A stretch of DNA of 64,000 nucleotides, taken from IMG/VR virus record IMGVR_UViG_3300031519_008340, positions 23,898 to 87,897 of that record, one strand, 5' to 3'. Shown one piece after another: positions 9,323-18,848 of this stretch. A model generated the notes under the pieces. That model was not told the DNA's origin, ran no database searches, and was given only the letters and a program-made list of their open reading frames with translations. The stretch's first letter is position 1; every line of letters starts with the position of its first letter. Position numbers and translations under genes: made by a program. Source of the DNA: a virus (taxonomy: Duplodnaviria; Caudoviricetes).

Positions 9323-9329
9323 ATTTTGA

Positions 9330-10253
9330 TTAGTTGCCTATTTTACCTTTCGCAACTTTACTTACGATGTCATTAGCTTGTTTAGGATCAAACTTGATAC
9401 CACCAAACGGATCGTAGTTTTCTACGTTTTTCCAGTATCCTTCTTCTCTTTGTATTCTCAAATCACTTCGAGAACTTTTGCCTTTAATTTTTCTTTTGCC
9501 TTTCATATGGTCAATGTATTCACCTAACACACTGTTAATAAAGACATGGTGCCCTTTTGCACCAGCACCCTTGCCAATGTCAACTCCGTCATTTGGTGCA
9601 ACTCTTTTTAATATCTGCCAAAAAAGATAACTGTCGTGCCATTCCAACTCTTTAAAAATAGTGTCCTTGTTGTAAAGATCTGTCCATGTTTTCATAAACT
9701 GATTAATTTTTGAATGCCTTCTATTGTAACATACCCAACCGCATTCTGGATATTTTTCACCTCTCCCTAAAAAATTTACTAGTTTGTCTTTAGGCAATAA
9801 GTCTGTAACAAATTTTTCAGTTATTGGTTTGAAAGTAAATGTATCTGCGTCAAGCCATAGTATGTAATCAACATCGATGTTTTTAATTGCATGATCTACT
9901 GCAAAAGTTTTATGACTAAATCGCACAGCGTCCCATAGATAACTGCCTTTGCCCTTGTCGTTTTTTCCTGCATTAGGATTTCGTCTAACACCTCCAGCAA
10001 TCTCATTTACTTCGCCGTTAGCAACCGGATCATTTTTATACTTGTTTTTAAATCTTACAAGGTCTGGATTAGCATCTTCAATATTGACATATTCAATTTT
10101 ATTGTGTTTTAAATTAGGAGTAGGTCCTTCGTGATAAGCAGTAATCTTAACATCGTTAGGCCAAAACTTTATGTGACTTTGTAACATCCTTTCCGCATAA
10201 GCATTCCATCTGTTTGGTGGAAAGGTTGTAATTACTCTAAGTGTACTCATCAA
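9330..10253 (-). CDS. Glycosyltransferase (GT-A, DxD)
   Basis: ILWLDADT DxD motif, WDAVRFSHK, EWHDSY; lies in the glycan island. Confidence 0.65.
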   Translation of the reverse strand: MMSTLRVITTFPPNRWNAYAERMLQSHIKFWPNDVKITAYHEGPTPNLKHNKIEYVNIEDANPDLVRFKNKYKNDPVANGEVNEIAGGVRRNPNAGKNDKGKGSYLWDAVRFSHKTFAVDHAIKNIDVDYILWLDADTFTFKPITEKFVTDLLPKDKLVNFLGRGEKYPECGWVCYNRRHSKINQFMKTWTDLYNKDTIFKELEWHDSYLFWQILKRVAPNDGVDIGKGAGAKGHHVFINSVLGEYIDHMKGKRKIKGKSSRSDLRIQREEGYWKNVENYDPFGGIKFDPKQANDIVSKVAKGKIGN

Positions 10254-10258
10254 ATTAT

Positions 10259-12013
10259 TTAATAGTTTTTAACATCAAACTTATCAAACCAGGTTGCCCA
10301 AATCATGTCAATACTTGCTCTTTTACCAGTTTTTTGATTCAATTGGTGCGGCATTTCTTTTCCTGTTTTTGTTTGATAAAACTTTTTTAGGTTATTATCT
10401 TTGTTCATCCAATAGGCCATTGGCGCAGTCCACCCAGTCTTTTCCTTGCCAATAATAAATTTAGGCAAGTGATCTATATATGCTCTCCTGCTCATATTTT
10501 TTAATTCAAATTTATTATCAAGTTTTTTTTTACCAAAAAACTGTGATAGTTTATGTAATGAATGCATTGACATACAATACTTCATAAAAGTTTTTGAAGC
10601 CAATGGGTAACGTCCTTCCATACTGTATGCCATTCCAAATTTGTCATTTCTTATAAGAAACTCTTCAGGACATACTGTTGCAAGTTCTAAACAACAAAAA
10701 CTGTTTAAAGGATCTGCAGGATTGTACATATCACTTCCAAATGTTTTTAAAAATTCTTCTAAAACTTCTTCTTTTGAATATTTGTTTTTGTTTACACTAG
10801 CAGTTGGTTTTTGTCCTAGTACTAGATATCGGCAAATGTCTTTCCAGTTCTTAATTTTAATTTTTCCTTGTTTAATTTCCATCATAAATCTTCTATGCCT
10901 TGGGTACCCGCAAAGCAACTCGTCGCCAAGATCTCCAGCCATTGTAATTTTGACATTATCTTCTCGCATTACTTTATTTGTGTAGATATTAGCAGGCAAG
11001 CTAGGACTTCTAATTAATTGCTCAAATGACTCTACTGATTTGTCCCAATATTCAAGATAAATTTCAGGAGTTATTGTAACTTGTCTGTGATTGTATCCTG
11101 CATGATCAGCCAACATTTTTGCAGTTCGAGAATCTGAATTATAGTCTTCATCTACTATATTAGGATCCGGGTCAAATCCATTTGTGTATGAATTAACTTC
11201 TCCGTGAATTGCTTTTAATTCATTAGATATCATACTTGAATCCATTCCGCCACTTAGAAACAAGCCAATTTTTTTATCGCCAATACTGCATCTACGAACA
11301 GCATCTTGCACTTGTTGTTTAAATTCTTTAGGATTGTAACTGTGATTATTAATTGGCAATATATTTTCTCTGGTGATTGTTAAAATTTTTTTACTTACAA
11401 CTCCGTAAATAATTGTTTCGCCTGGTAAAAGTTTTTTGATGTTACTGAAAAAAGTATTTCTTAAAGGATTCACAGTCATGTAATGGAAAATACTGTGGGC
11501 CATTTTATCTAATATGCGAGATCCAGGCACTTTGTCTAGCATACCTTTTATTTCAGAACCAAAAACAAGTCCTTCTTTTACTTCTGCATAAAATACAGGT
11601 TTAATGCCTGCATGGTCTCTGCTTAAAATAAGTTGTTGTTTTTGTATATCGTAATAAGCAAACCCGTGCATTGAATCTAATTCATTTACAAAAGTGCTAC
11701 CAAAGTTATCAAGACCCCAAGCAAGTAATTCTGTATCGCATTTGGTCTTTGGAGTAAAACTGTTTTTATACTTTTCTAGCAGTTCATAGTAATTAAAAAT
11801 TTCACCATTGTATACTAATATGTTTCCTTTGGGTGTTTTCCAAGGCTGTCTAGCCTGACTAGGTTCTCCCATAATACTCAATAAGTTATGTCCCAACGTA
11901 ACCTTATCATTGTTCCAAATATCAGAACCGTCAGGTCCTCTATGTTTGCAGATGTCAATGTACTTTGTTATAAAGTCTCTATCAACAGCAGTTATTCCGT
12001 ATATTCCACACAT
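10259..12013 (-). CDS. asnB: Asparagine synthase-like glutamine amidotransferase
   Basis: N-terminal MCGI (Ntn Cys), HRGPDG, YNGEIFN, SRDHAGIKP, LFLSGGMDSS, AGDLGDELLCGY, EGRYP. Confidence 0.9.
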   Translation of the reverse strand: MCGIYGITAVDRDFITKYIDICKHRGPDGSDIWNNDKVTLGHNLLSIMGEPSQARQPWKTPKGNILVYNGEIFNYYELLEKYKNSFTPKTKCDTELLAWGLDNFGSTFVNELDSMHGFAYYDIQKQQLILSRDHAGIKPVFYAEVKEGLVFGSEIKGMLDKVPGSRILDKMAHSIFHYMTVNPLRNTFFSNIKKLLPGETIIYGVVSKKILTITRENILPINNHSYNPKEFKQQVQDAVRRCSIGDKKIGLFLSGGMDSSMISNELKAIHGEVNSYTNGFDPDPNIVDEDYNSDSRTAKMLADHAGYNHRQVTITPEIYLEYWDKSVESFEQLIRSPSLPANIYTNKVMREDNVKITMAGDLGDELLCGYPRHRRFMMEIKQGKIKIKNWKDICRYLVLGQKPTASVNKNKYSKEEVLEEFLKTFGSDMYNPADPLNSFCCLELATVCPEEFLIRNDKFGMAYSMEGRYPLASKTFMKYCMSMHSLHKLSQFFGKKKLDNKFELKNMSRRAYIDHLPKFIIGKEKTGWTAPMAYWMNKDNNLKKFYQTKTGKEMPHQLNQKTGKRASIDMIWATWFDKFDVKNY

Positions 12014-12336
12014 TATTTTCCTTTAAAATATTTGTCAATTTTGTTTTCTTCATTCTGATGTTTTTCATAATCAGGCATTGGATCTTTTTTTGTTGTAATC
12101 TGTTGCCATTGTTTCGCCCATTCTCCGTTGAACTTTACCCATTCCTCCGTGCCTTCTTCGTTGTCTGACTTTATTGCGTCTTCAGGACACTCAGGTTCGC
12201 ATACGCCACAATCAATACATTCATCTGGATTAATGACCAGCATATTTTCTCCTTCATAGAAACAGTCAACAGGACAAACTTCTACACAACTTGTATGTTT
12301 ACATAGAATACATTTGTCGTTAACAATGTATGTCAT
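12013..12336 (-). CDS. fdxA: FdxA-type (7Fe/8Fe) ferredoxin
   Basis: [43 protein letters not shown]. Confidence 0.92.
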   Translation of the reverse strand: MTYIVNDKCILCKHTSCVEVCPVDCFYEGENMLVINPDECIDCGVCEPECPEDAIKSDNEEGTEEWVKFNGEWAKQWQQITTKKDPMPDYEKHQNEENKIDKYFKGK

Positions 12337-13319
12337 TACAAACCTAATATGGATTTAAATCTTTTATAAACTGTGCCGTCTTTGATTTCTTTAATGCTCC
12401 ACATCTTGTATCCTAAATCATGCAACCATTGCGTTCTATCAGGCATTTCTGGAGTTTCAATCTTTGTTAAATCTTTATTTGCTACAGGCCAACAAAGTGC
12501 AAGATCGCTAGTACAAAAGGTAGGAATCCCCCTAATGCAGGAGTCAGTTGAGGCAGTAGAATTGTGAGTAACAACAGCATGGCAATTAGTTATTGCTTGT
12601 TGGAAATGAAATCTATAGTGCTTTTTCTCATCTCCTTTAAAATGTTTTTCTCCAATATGCACATCAACATCACTTGGAAATTCGTTACGTCTCTGTTCAA
12701 TGTTAGCAACATTATTTGGATGTGGTCGAACAATAAACTTTCTTTTTGTAAGTGGCCTTAATTTTTTATACACGTCTTTAAACCAATCTATTGGATCTAG
12801 TTCGTTCATGCTCCAGTTGTCTTTTGGTTGTAAAACAAACAATATAGGATCTTCTAAATTTGATTTTCTCCACTCTTCGTGTTTAACATTGAAAAGTTTT
12901 TTCATCATTTCCCATCTATCAGAGGGTGAATTATTTGATAAAAAGTTTCCGTTATTCATAGGAGTGTTTAAAGCAACTCTAAAATGGTGATCTGGTGATG
13001 TAGAAACATTGCCAAAGCTAGACAGCACTCCGCCATCAAAAGTAATAACGTGTGTACCTTTTTTCTTTGCTCTTTCAACTAGATCTAATCTTCTTCCTTT
13101 GGTGTGATGTCTTTGATTTGTACCACCGTAACCAAACATTACGGCTATAGGTGCTGTTGGTTCCATTTCATTTTCTACAGTTGGGCCAGTTAACCTTTCG
13201 TTTACAATTACTGGTTCGTCTCCAGCCGCTTTGACTCCTTCAGCCATTTGATACAGTAGCTCATAACTGTTGCCTCTTCTACGATCTTTAACTGTTCTTC
13301 TAAATATTTCAACCTTCAT
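12336..13319 (-). CDS. KpsS/KpsC-like glycosyltransferase, paralog 2
   Basis: [43 protein letters not shown]...EIKDG. Confidence 0.6.
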   Translation of the reverse strand: MKVEIFRRTVKDRRRGNSYELLYQMAEGVKAAGDEPVIVNERLTGPTVENEMEPTAPIAVMFGYGGTNQRHHTKGRRLDLVERAKKKGTHVITFDGGVLSSFGNVSTSPDHHFRVALNTPMNNGNFLSNNSPSDRWEMMKKLFNVKHEEWRKSNLEDPILFVLQPKDNWSMNELDPIDWFKDVYKKLRPLTKRKFIVRPHPNNVANIEQRRNEFPSDVDVHIGEKHFKGDEKKHYRFHFQQAITNCHAVVTHNSTASTDSCIRGIPTFCTSDLALCWPVANKDLTKIETPEMPDRTQWLHDLGYKMWSIKEIKDGTVYKRFKSILGL

Positions 13320-14157
13320 TTTTATTTACAAATACTAATTCTAGCATTGCCTTTAATCTTTTTCTATTGATGAAAACATAATTATCTTTGCTCATTTTAG
13401 CACACATTTCTCTTATGTCGTTAAAATTGTCTTCGTAACTTCCGGTTAATCCTAGCTCCACTTCTGTTGCCCATACTTTAAATTTTATCTTTTTATCTAA
13501 CATTTCATTTGCAAACTCTTTCCAAAATCCTTCAATGTCTGTTTTTACTATGTCCAATTCTTGTAGATTTTTTTCCTGCATCAAAGTTTCAAGATTTTTA
13601 AATTTTACATCAACACTTTGTTTTGTGCCAGTAGGATCAAAGGCACTAAAACTTTTTGTGTGTGCTTGAACCGGAGCAAATTTGTCAGTGTTATTCATTT
13701 TAATTGCTTTATAATAAAACTTTCTTGTTCCATTAGTTGGAGCATAGCCAATTGCAGTATAGTTTATTTTTTTATTGATCCTTTTATTCCATTCTTTCCA
13801 TGACGCAACTTTGTACTTTTCTACAATTTCTTGTTGAATATTTTTTAATTCTTTTTTGCCACTTGCTTTTATAATGCCATATATATTTGTTTGTGTCCAC
13901 GGAGTAGGATCAAAAAGTTCAACTTCTAAGTTAGGATTATCAGTTAGTAAAAGTTTTTCAAAGCCAACATCACCTCCAACACCAAAACTCATAACGCTAC
14001 TAGATTTTAAAACAATTTCTTTTGGTAAAAAATAATTTCTATAACGCTTAAAATTGTGCTTTGTTGGAGCAATCTCTTTTTCTAGTATTCTTATTTTTTC
14101 TACTATTTCTTTATGTTCGGGTTTTAATCTATCAGCCATGTAATATATTCCATGCAA
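13309..14157 (-). CDS. FkbM/Methyltransf_22-like SAM-dependent methyltransferase
   Basis: VMSFGVGGDVGFE, ELFDPTP, VKTDIEG; the start may be a few codons downstream. Confidence 0.65.
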   Translation of the reverse strand: MHGIYYMADRLKPEHKEIVEKIRILEKEIAPTKHNFKRYRNYFLPKEIVLKSSSVMSFGVGGDVGFEKLLLTDNPNLEVELFDPTPWTQTNIYGIIKASGKKELKNIQQEIVEKYKVASWKEWNKRINKKINYTAIGYAPTNGTRKFYYKAIKMNNTDKFAPVQAHTKSFSAFDPTGTKQSVDVKFKNLETLMQEKNLQELDIVKTDIEGFWKEFANEMLDKKIKFKVWATEVELGLTGSYEDNFNDIREMCAKMSKDNYVFINRKRLKAMLELVFVNKNEG

Positions 14158-14950
14158 CTCCTTTTTGCATTTCTTCCATTGTAAAATTATTATACGCTAA
14201 ATTGGAAAACAATGCAATCCTATCTTCATATTTTGGAGTTTCAATTTTACTAAAATCAGTTTCTGAAATTGGTAAAGCCGCACTGTTGTCTGTGTCACAG
14301 AACACAGGTACTCCATTAGTTAGACTCGCAATCATAGTGTTGCTGTTATAAAGCACTGTTGCAAAATAGTCATTCCAATTGATTAATCCTTGGTGGTTCG
14401 TGGGCTTATCAATTTTTACAGTGGCGCCAACATGGTCAACTGCAATTGTTGGATTGTATGGCTTTTCTCTAATGTCAATTTCTCTATCTGTGCTATTTTT
14501 TAATGTTTTTATTGTATCATCTAACCAACTTTGTGCATTGAAATGATTTGCTACTGCATTTGTAGGAGGCAAAACTAAAATTTTCTTTCCTGCTTTGTTC
14601 CACGGTTTTAAATCTCTTTTGAAATATTTTTCATATCGATCAGGTTTATCTGTTATCATTTTGTTTTGACAGTGTGCATTCTTTGTAATTCGCAACCAGT
14701 GAGGTTTATCATGAGCATTTGTAAAATAGCCATGGTCCATAAAATAAAAATCACGATTTTCTTTCTCACACCATTTATATACTTCACCGGATCCTGCAAG
14801 AATTCCGTACATTACTAAATGTTCAGGAGGCAATTCTTTAAGGTCTCTAAAGTTATAAATTTTGTATTCGCCTGGAGTGCCTTTTACAAAGGATTCTACA
14901 TATCTTTGTGTTCGTGGTTTAGTTGTATGAATACCAGCAACGTTTATCAT
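14132..14950 (-). CDS. KpsS/KpsC-like glycosyltransferase, paralog 3
   Basis: FYFMDHGYF, IREKP, VLYNSNTMIASLTNGVPVF, LAYNNFTMEEMQKG. Likely start ATG 14950 overlapping the upstream TGA. Confidence 0.6.
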   Translation of the reverse strand: MINVAGIHTTKPRTQRYVESFVKGTPGEYKIYNFRDLKELPPEHLVMYGILAGSGEVYKWCEKENRDFYFMDHGYFTNAHDKPHWLRITKNAHCQNKMITDKPDRYEKYFKRDLKPWNKAGKKILVLPPTNAVANHFNAQSWLDDTIKTLKNSTDREIDIREKPYNPTIAVDHVGATVKIDKPTNHQGLINWNDYFATVLYNSNTMIASLTNGVPVFCDTDNSAALPISETDFSKIETPKYEDRIALFSNLAYNNFTMEEMQKGVAWNILHG

Positions 14951-16071
14951 TCTTTTATCCCTGCCTCTTCCATTGAGTTTTTTAAATATGTCCATTGTAA
15001 ATCAAACTTAAACAAGTCATTTAGCCGTTTTACTCCCGGGGGCTTTTTCCCATCAATCAACTCTTCTTCTTTTATATCAGGACAACGTGTAGTAAACGGC
15101 AGGTCCAAATGATGTGCTAGTACTGGATAAACTTTTTTACCTAGCATAGTATCTCTTTGAAATTCTAAAATTCTTGTGCCTGATTGGCACCATAATAAAT
15201 TTGTAAGGCCAGCGCCATGTGGTGCAATTATAGATTTTGCTTCTGCAAAAATTTGCATTTGTTTTCCTATAGGTAATTTTTCTAGTTGAACAAATTCCCA
15301 ACCTTTTAATTTCATAAACAGTGCTTGTTCGTTTTGTATATGTCTTGCTACAGCATTTTTTCTACTGATCCATAACTTCCTAAATGGTTTTACTTTAATT
15401 TTTGGTGAAAATTTGTGTCTTAGCCATCGCACCATGTCAGCATTTGTGATACCGTCATGAACGTTGCTCATTGATGGCACTAGTAAATGTTTGAACGCCC
15501 AAGTTTCACCTCTGGGCATTACATAATATTTTAAATTAGGAAAACAATGCTTGGCAACTTTATCAAAATAGGCACTTCTATTTGGCAATATTGGAACAAT
15601 TGATTGCCAACTACGGCCATATCTTTTTTCTATCAATCTAAATTTTGATATTAAATCTATCCATATGTGCCATGGATTGCCTGCACTTTCTTTATCAATT
15701 GGCAACCACACATAGGTATCCTGTTCGTTAAACGTCTTTGAAACTTCAGGAATTTTTAGGTCAATGTGGCTTCTATTTTTTTGATTCCATGGCATGCTCC
15801 ACAGGCCGTGTTTGTATGGTTTGGCCTTAAACTTAGATAGTATTGGCCAAATATGATCACTAATAATTTCATTATCTTCTGTGTGCAAGAGTGGCAACGT
15901 ATGCGCTTTTACATTATTAAATTCTATCATAAAAGTTGGCGGACTACTAAAAACTCTAAAAGGTTGGTCTTTGTGGTAATCTACTTTGTAAACATCACCA
16001 TTATCAATTTTGTCACCGCGCTTAAGAAACCAGTTTTTACTTTCAATTATTTTTGTGAGTGAACTCATCAA
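14947..16071 (-). CDS. GT61/DUF563 family glycosyltransferase
   Basis: GNPWHIWID, LWISRKNA, QMQIFAEAKSIIAPHGAGLTNLLW. Confidence 0.75.
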   Translation of the reverse strand: MMSSLTKIIESKNWFLKRGDKIDNGDVYKVDYHKDQPFRVFSSPPTFMIEFNNVKAHTLPLLHTEDNEIISDHIWPILSKFKAKPYKHGLWSMPWNQKNRSHIDLKIPEVSKTFNEQDTYVWLPIDKESAGNPWHIWIDLISKFRLIEKRYGRSWQSIVPILPNRSAYFDKVAKHCFPNLKYYVMPRGETWAFKHLLVPSMSNVHDGITNADMVRWLRHKFSPKIKVKPFRKLWISRKNAVARHIQNEQALFMKLKGWEFVQLEKLPIGKQMQIFAEAKSIIAPHGAGLTNLLWCQSGTRILEFQRDTMLGKKVYPVLAHHLDLPFTTRCPDIKEEELIDGKKPPGVKRLNDLFKFDLQWTYLKNSMEEAGIKE

Positions 16072-16112
16072 CAGTAATTATCGTGCATTGCCACACCCTA
16101 TTAAATAACAGC

Positions 16113-16931
16113 ATGGACCAATTCACAGAGCGTTATGGCTCAAATAATTTTAAACGTGGCTATATACCAGAACCTTTTGGTAAAGATCAATACATCACAG
16201 ATCCGTTTGAAAAACTAGATTATACAGCAAACAGTTATATCCAATGGGATAACTTTAAGGACTGTCAAATTAAAAGCAACAAATATGATTATCGAATTCT
16301 TATCAGTGGTGGTGACACTGTGTATGGCAAGGACAAATGGCCTTTTGCAGTTTTTAAAGCACTTGTTGAAAAAGAATTAAAAAATCAAATACCGTCACTT
16401 AAACGGGTGGCAATTTTTAATCTTAGTTTACCTGGTGCTGACAATGATTGGACTGCAAAATCAATCATGAATGCATATCATATTTTACATCCTGACTTTG
16501 TTTGTGCAGTATGGCAACCAGGACAGAATCAATATGAATTTGAAAAGTTGCAATATATGATGGATTGTTTCTTCTTAATGATTCAAAGAAAATACAACGC
16601 ATTGAATAAACAAGATTCAAAGCAAAGAACAATAGACTATAATCCATTAATGGCCGATGACCCATTGAGAGATTATAGTACTAAAGTATTCAAATACGTA
16701 GTAGGACACATTAAGAGATTAAAAAATTTACACTTCAGTAAAGAATTGCCAGCAAAAAAACAAATAAAATTAATTGATGATGATGGAAAAAATTGTGTAA
16801 TTAATGATCCTTTATTGTTTGCAAGACATTTAAAAGATTATCATATAAAACAAAAAAGAAGAAAGTGTTATGCTTTTAATGGCACATGGAGTGTAGATGA
16901 AGATCTAGTTAGAAAGGTGCAAACAAAATAA
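16113..16931 (+). CDS. Hypothetical protein, possibly a degenerate SGNH fold
   Basis: ILISGGDTVYG, FNLSLPGADNDW resemble SGNH blocks I/II. ATG 16113 lies 5 nt after TAAATA (track starts at 16059). Confidence 0.55.
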   Translation: MDQFTERYGSNNFKRGYIPEPFGKDQYITDPFEKLDYTANSYIQWDNFKDCQIKSNKYDYRILISGGDTVYGKDKWPFAVFKALVEKELKNQIPSLKRVAIFNLSLPGADNDWTAKSIMNAYHILHPDFVCAVWQPGQNQYEFEKLQYMMDCFFLMIQRKYNALNKQDSKQRTIDYNPLMADDPLRDYSTKVFKYVVGHIKRLKNLHFSKELPAKKQIKLIDDDGKNCVINDPLLFARHLKDYHIKQKRRKCYAFNGTWSVDEDLVRKVQTK

Positions 16932-17597
16932 ATGAAGATATTCTCAAATGGTTGTAGTTTTTTAGGGCCAAGACCAAAAGATGGCATAGAAACATATACT
17001 ACTAAAGTGATTGCAGACAACTGGCAAGTTCCATTAATTGATTCAGCCGCAGGTGGTAGAGGTAACGATAGAATATGCTTTACAACAAAATTATTTTTTG
17101 CACAAAATAAAGAAAAGTTTTTTGCTATTATTGGGTGGAGCAGTGCTGAACGAATGGATTATGTAACGAATGACGGATGGAAAGCAGGACGTTTTCCTTG
17201 GAGTAAAACAACTTGGCGTACTTGGAAAGTACAAGAACCAACTGCATTAAGATTTGTAATGAAACAAAAAGGATACGATATTGAAATGACTTCTGCAAAA
17301 AGAATTGTAACACAGGTTTTAGATTTACAAAACTTTTTTAAGTTGAACGATATAGAGTATGTAATGTACAATTCACTTAAACAAAATTGGGGATTAACAA
17401 ATCCTGATATGAAAATACTATACGATCAAATAGATAAAAAAAGATATTTTAAAATTGATTATTCTCAGCAGGAATACATTCACAAACACGGTTATATAAG
17501 TTCAAAAAATGATCCGCACCCAAATACACAAGGGCACACACTATGGGCAAAACAACTAATGGAGTTTATTGATGCTAACAATTTACGCACCAAGTAA
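16932..17597 (+). CDS. SGNH/GDSL hydrolase-like protein
   Basis: IFSNGCSF, AAGGRGNDRI, DPHPNTQGH; paralog of 53044..53748. Confidence 0.7.
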   Translation: MKIFSNGCSFLGPRPKDGIETYTTKVIADNWQVPLIDSAAGGRGNDRICFTTKLFFAQNKEKFFAIIGWSSAERMDYVTNDGWKAGRFPWSKTTWRTWKVQEPTALRFVMKQKGYDIEMTSAKRIVTQVLDLQNFFKLNDIEYVMYNSLKQNWGLTNPDMKILYDQIDKKRYFKIDYSQQEYIHKHGYISSKNDPHPNTQGHTLWAKQLMEFIDANNLRTK

Positions 17598-18390
17598 TAA
17601 ACCACAGAGTAAATGTTGGGAAGTTTTTAAAGGCATACAAACAAGCTGGCCATCTGCAGTAAAAATTGCAGACAACAGTTTGCCTTACTATCTAAACGAC
17701 GACAACGACTCTATGTTTTGGGGTCTTGTCAATAATAACACTAATCTTATACATCAAATTGCAGAACGCGGACAAACTTATTGGTTTACAGATACTCCGT
17801 ATTTTGGAAGATTTGACAACAACAATTTACAACCCAACAATCATTATTGGAGATTTTGTAAGGACAATATCCATACAACAAAAATTTTAGATTGTGACTC
17901 TGATAGATTTAAAAAATTTAATATTACTGTTAAAGAACATAATCCGGGAAAAGAATATATTTTAATTTGTCCTAGTAGTGCAGGAGTTCATTTGTATCTT
18001 GGAGTGCCAAATTGGCTTGATGAGACAATCAAAGAAATAAAAAAACACACAGATCGTCCAATTAAGATTAGAAATAAACCAAGAGGAAAAGGAACCAGTG
18101 GTCCTGCTGTAGCTACCATACCCTTAGCAGAAGATCTAAAAAATGCTTACTGTTGTGTGACAAGTTGTAGTATTAGTGCTGTTGAATCTTTAGCGACAGG
18201 AATTCCTGTTATATGTAGCACAAGAAGTTTTGCTTCGCCAATTGCAGAAACAAATCTAAATAATATAGAAAAACCTCTTTATCATGAACCTACAAAATGG
18301 CTGAACAGTTTGGCTTATCAACAATTTACGCCAGAAGAATATGCAAACGGCACTGCTATATCAATTTTAAAAAATTTTAAGATTATCTAA
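17569..18390 (+). CDS. KpsS/KpsC-like glycosyltransferase, paralog 4
   Basis: YWFTDTPYF, IRNKPRG, VTSCSISAVESLATGIPV, WLNSLAYQQFTPEEYANG. Confidence 0.6.
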   Translation: MMLTIYAPSNKPQSKCWEVFKGIQTSWPSAVKIADNSLPYYLNDDNDSMFWGLVNNNTNLIHQIAERGQTYWFTDTPYFGRFDNNNLQPNNHYWRFCKDNIHTTKILDCDSDRFKKFNITVKEHNPGKEYILICPSSAGVHLYLGVPNWLDETIKEIKKHTDRPIKIRNKPRGKGTSGPAVATIPLAEDLKNAYCCVTSCSISAVESLATGIPVICSTRSFASPIAETNLNNIEKPLYHEPTKWLNSLAYQQFTPEEYANGTAISILKNFKII

Positions 18391-18842
18391 TATTTACAAA
18401 GTAAGTCTAGTCTTTTTCCAGTCTCGGGGTCAAATTCTAATCTCACATTTAATAATTTTGTACCGGCTTTGTTTTTTTTAGGATTTTTTAGTTGCCAATT
18501 TAATTTCCTCTTACACAAAAGCATATAATTTGGCGATATAGTAACATCGTGTCCGTCAATCATAATTGATACGTTAGTACGATCTGTGCGTTGTAAAAAG
18601 AAGTATGTACCATACCATGTGTCATCGTTTTCTCTATAATCCGCATGGATTTCTTCACACCAGGACAACATGGTTACGTCATTGTTTACTAAAAATTGTT
18701 CCCAAGCACCATATGTTGGCTTGCCCCAATGTTCGTATAAGGCATCGTATTTGTTAGGCTCTATAGGATGTGTGCATTTAATAAATTTATCTGTTTTTGG
18801 AGCAGTTTCTATTCTACCTAGTATTGGTGTTGTGTAACTCAT
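18387..18842 (-). CDS. Hypothetical protein, possible compact 2OG-Fe(II)/DSBH relative
   Basis: 151 aa; EIHADY (HxD) and weak resemblance to the N-terminus of 20282..21034. Confidence 0.4.
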   Translation of the reverse strand: MSYTTPILGRIETAPKTDKFIKCTHPIEPNKYDALYEHWGKPTYGAWEQFLVNNDVTMLSWCEEIHADYRENDDTWYGTYFFLQRTDRTNVSIMIDGHDVTISPNYMLLCKRKLNWQLKNPKKNKAGTKLLNVRLEFDPETGKRLDLLCKY

Positions 18843-18848
18843 ATTTTT

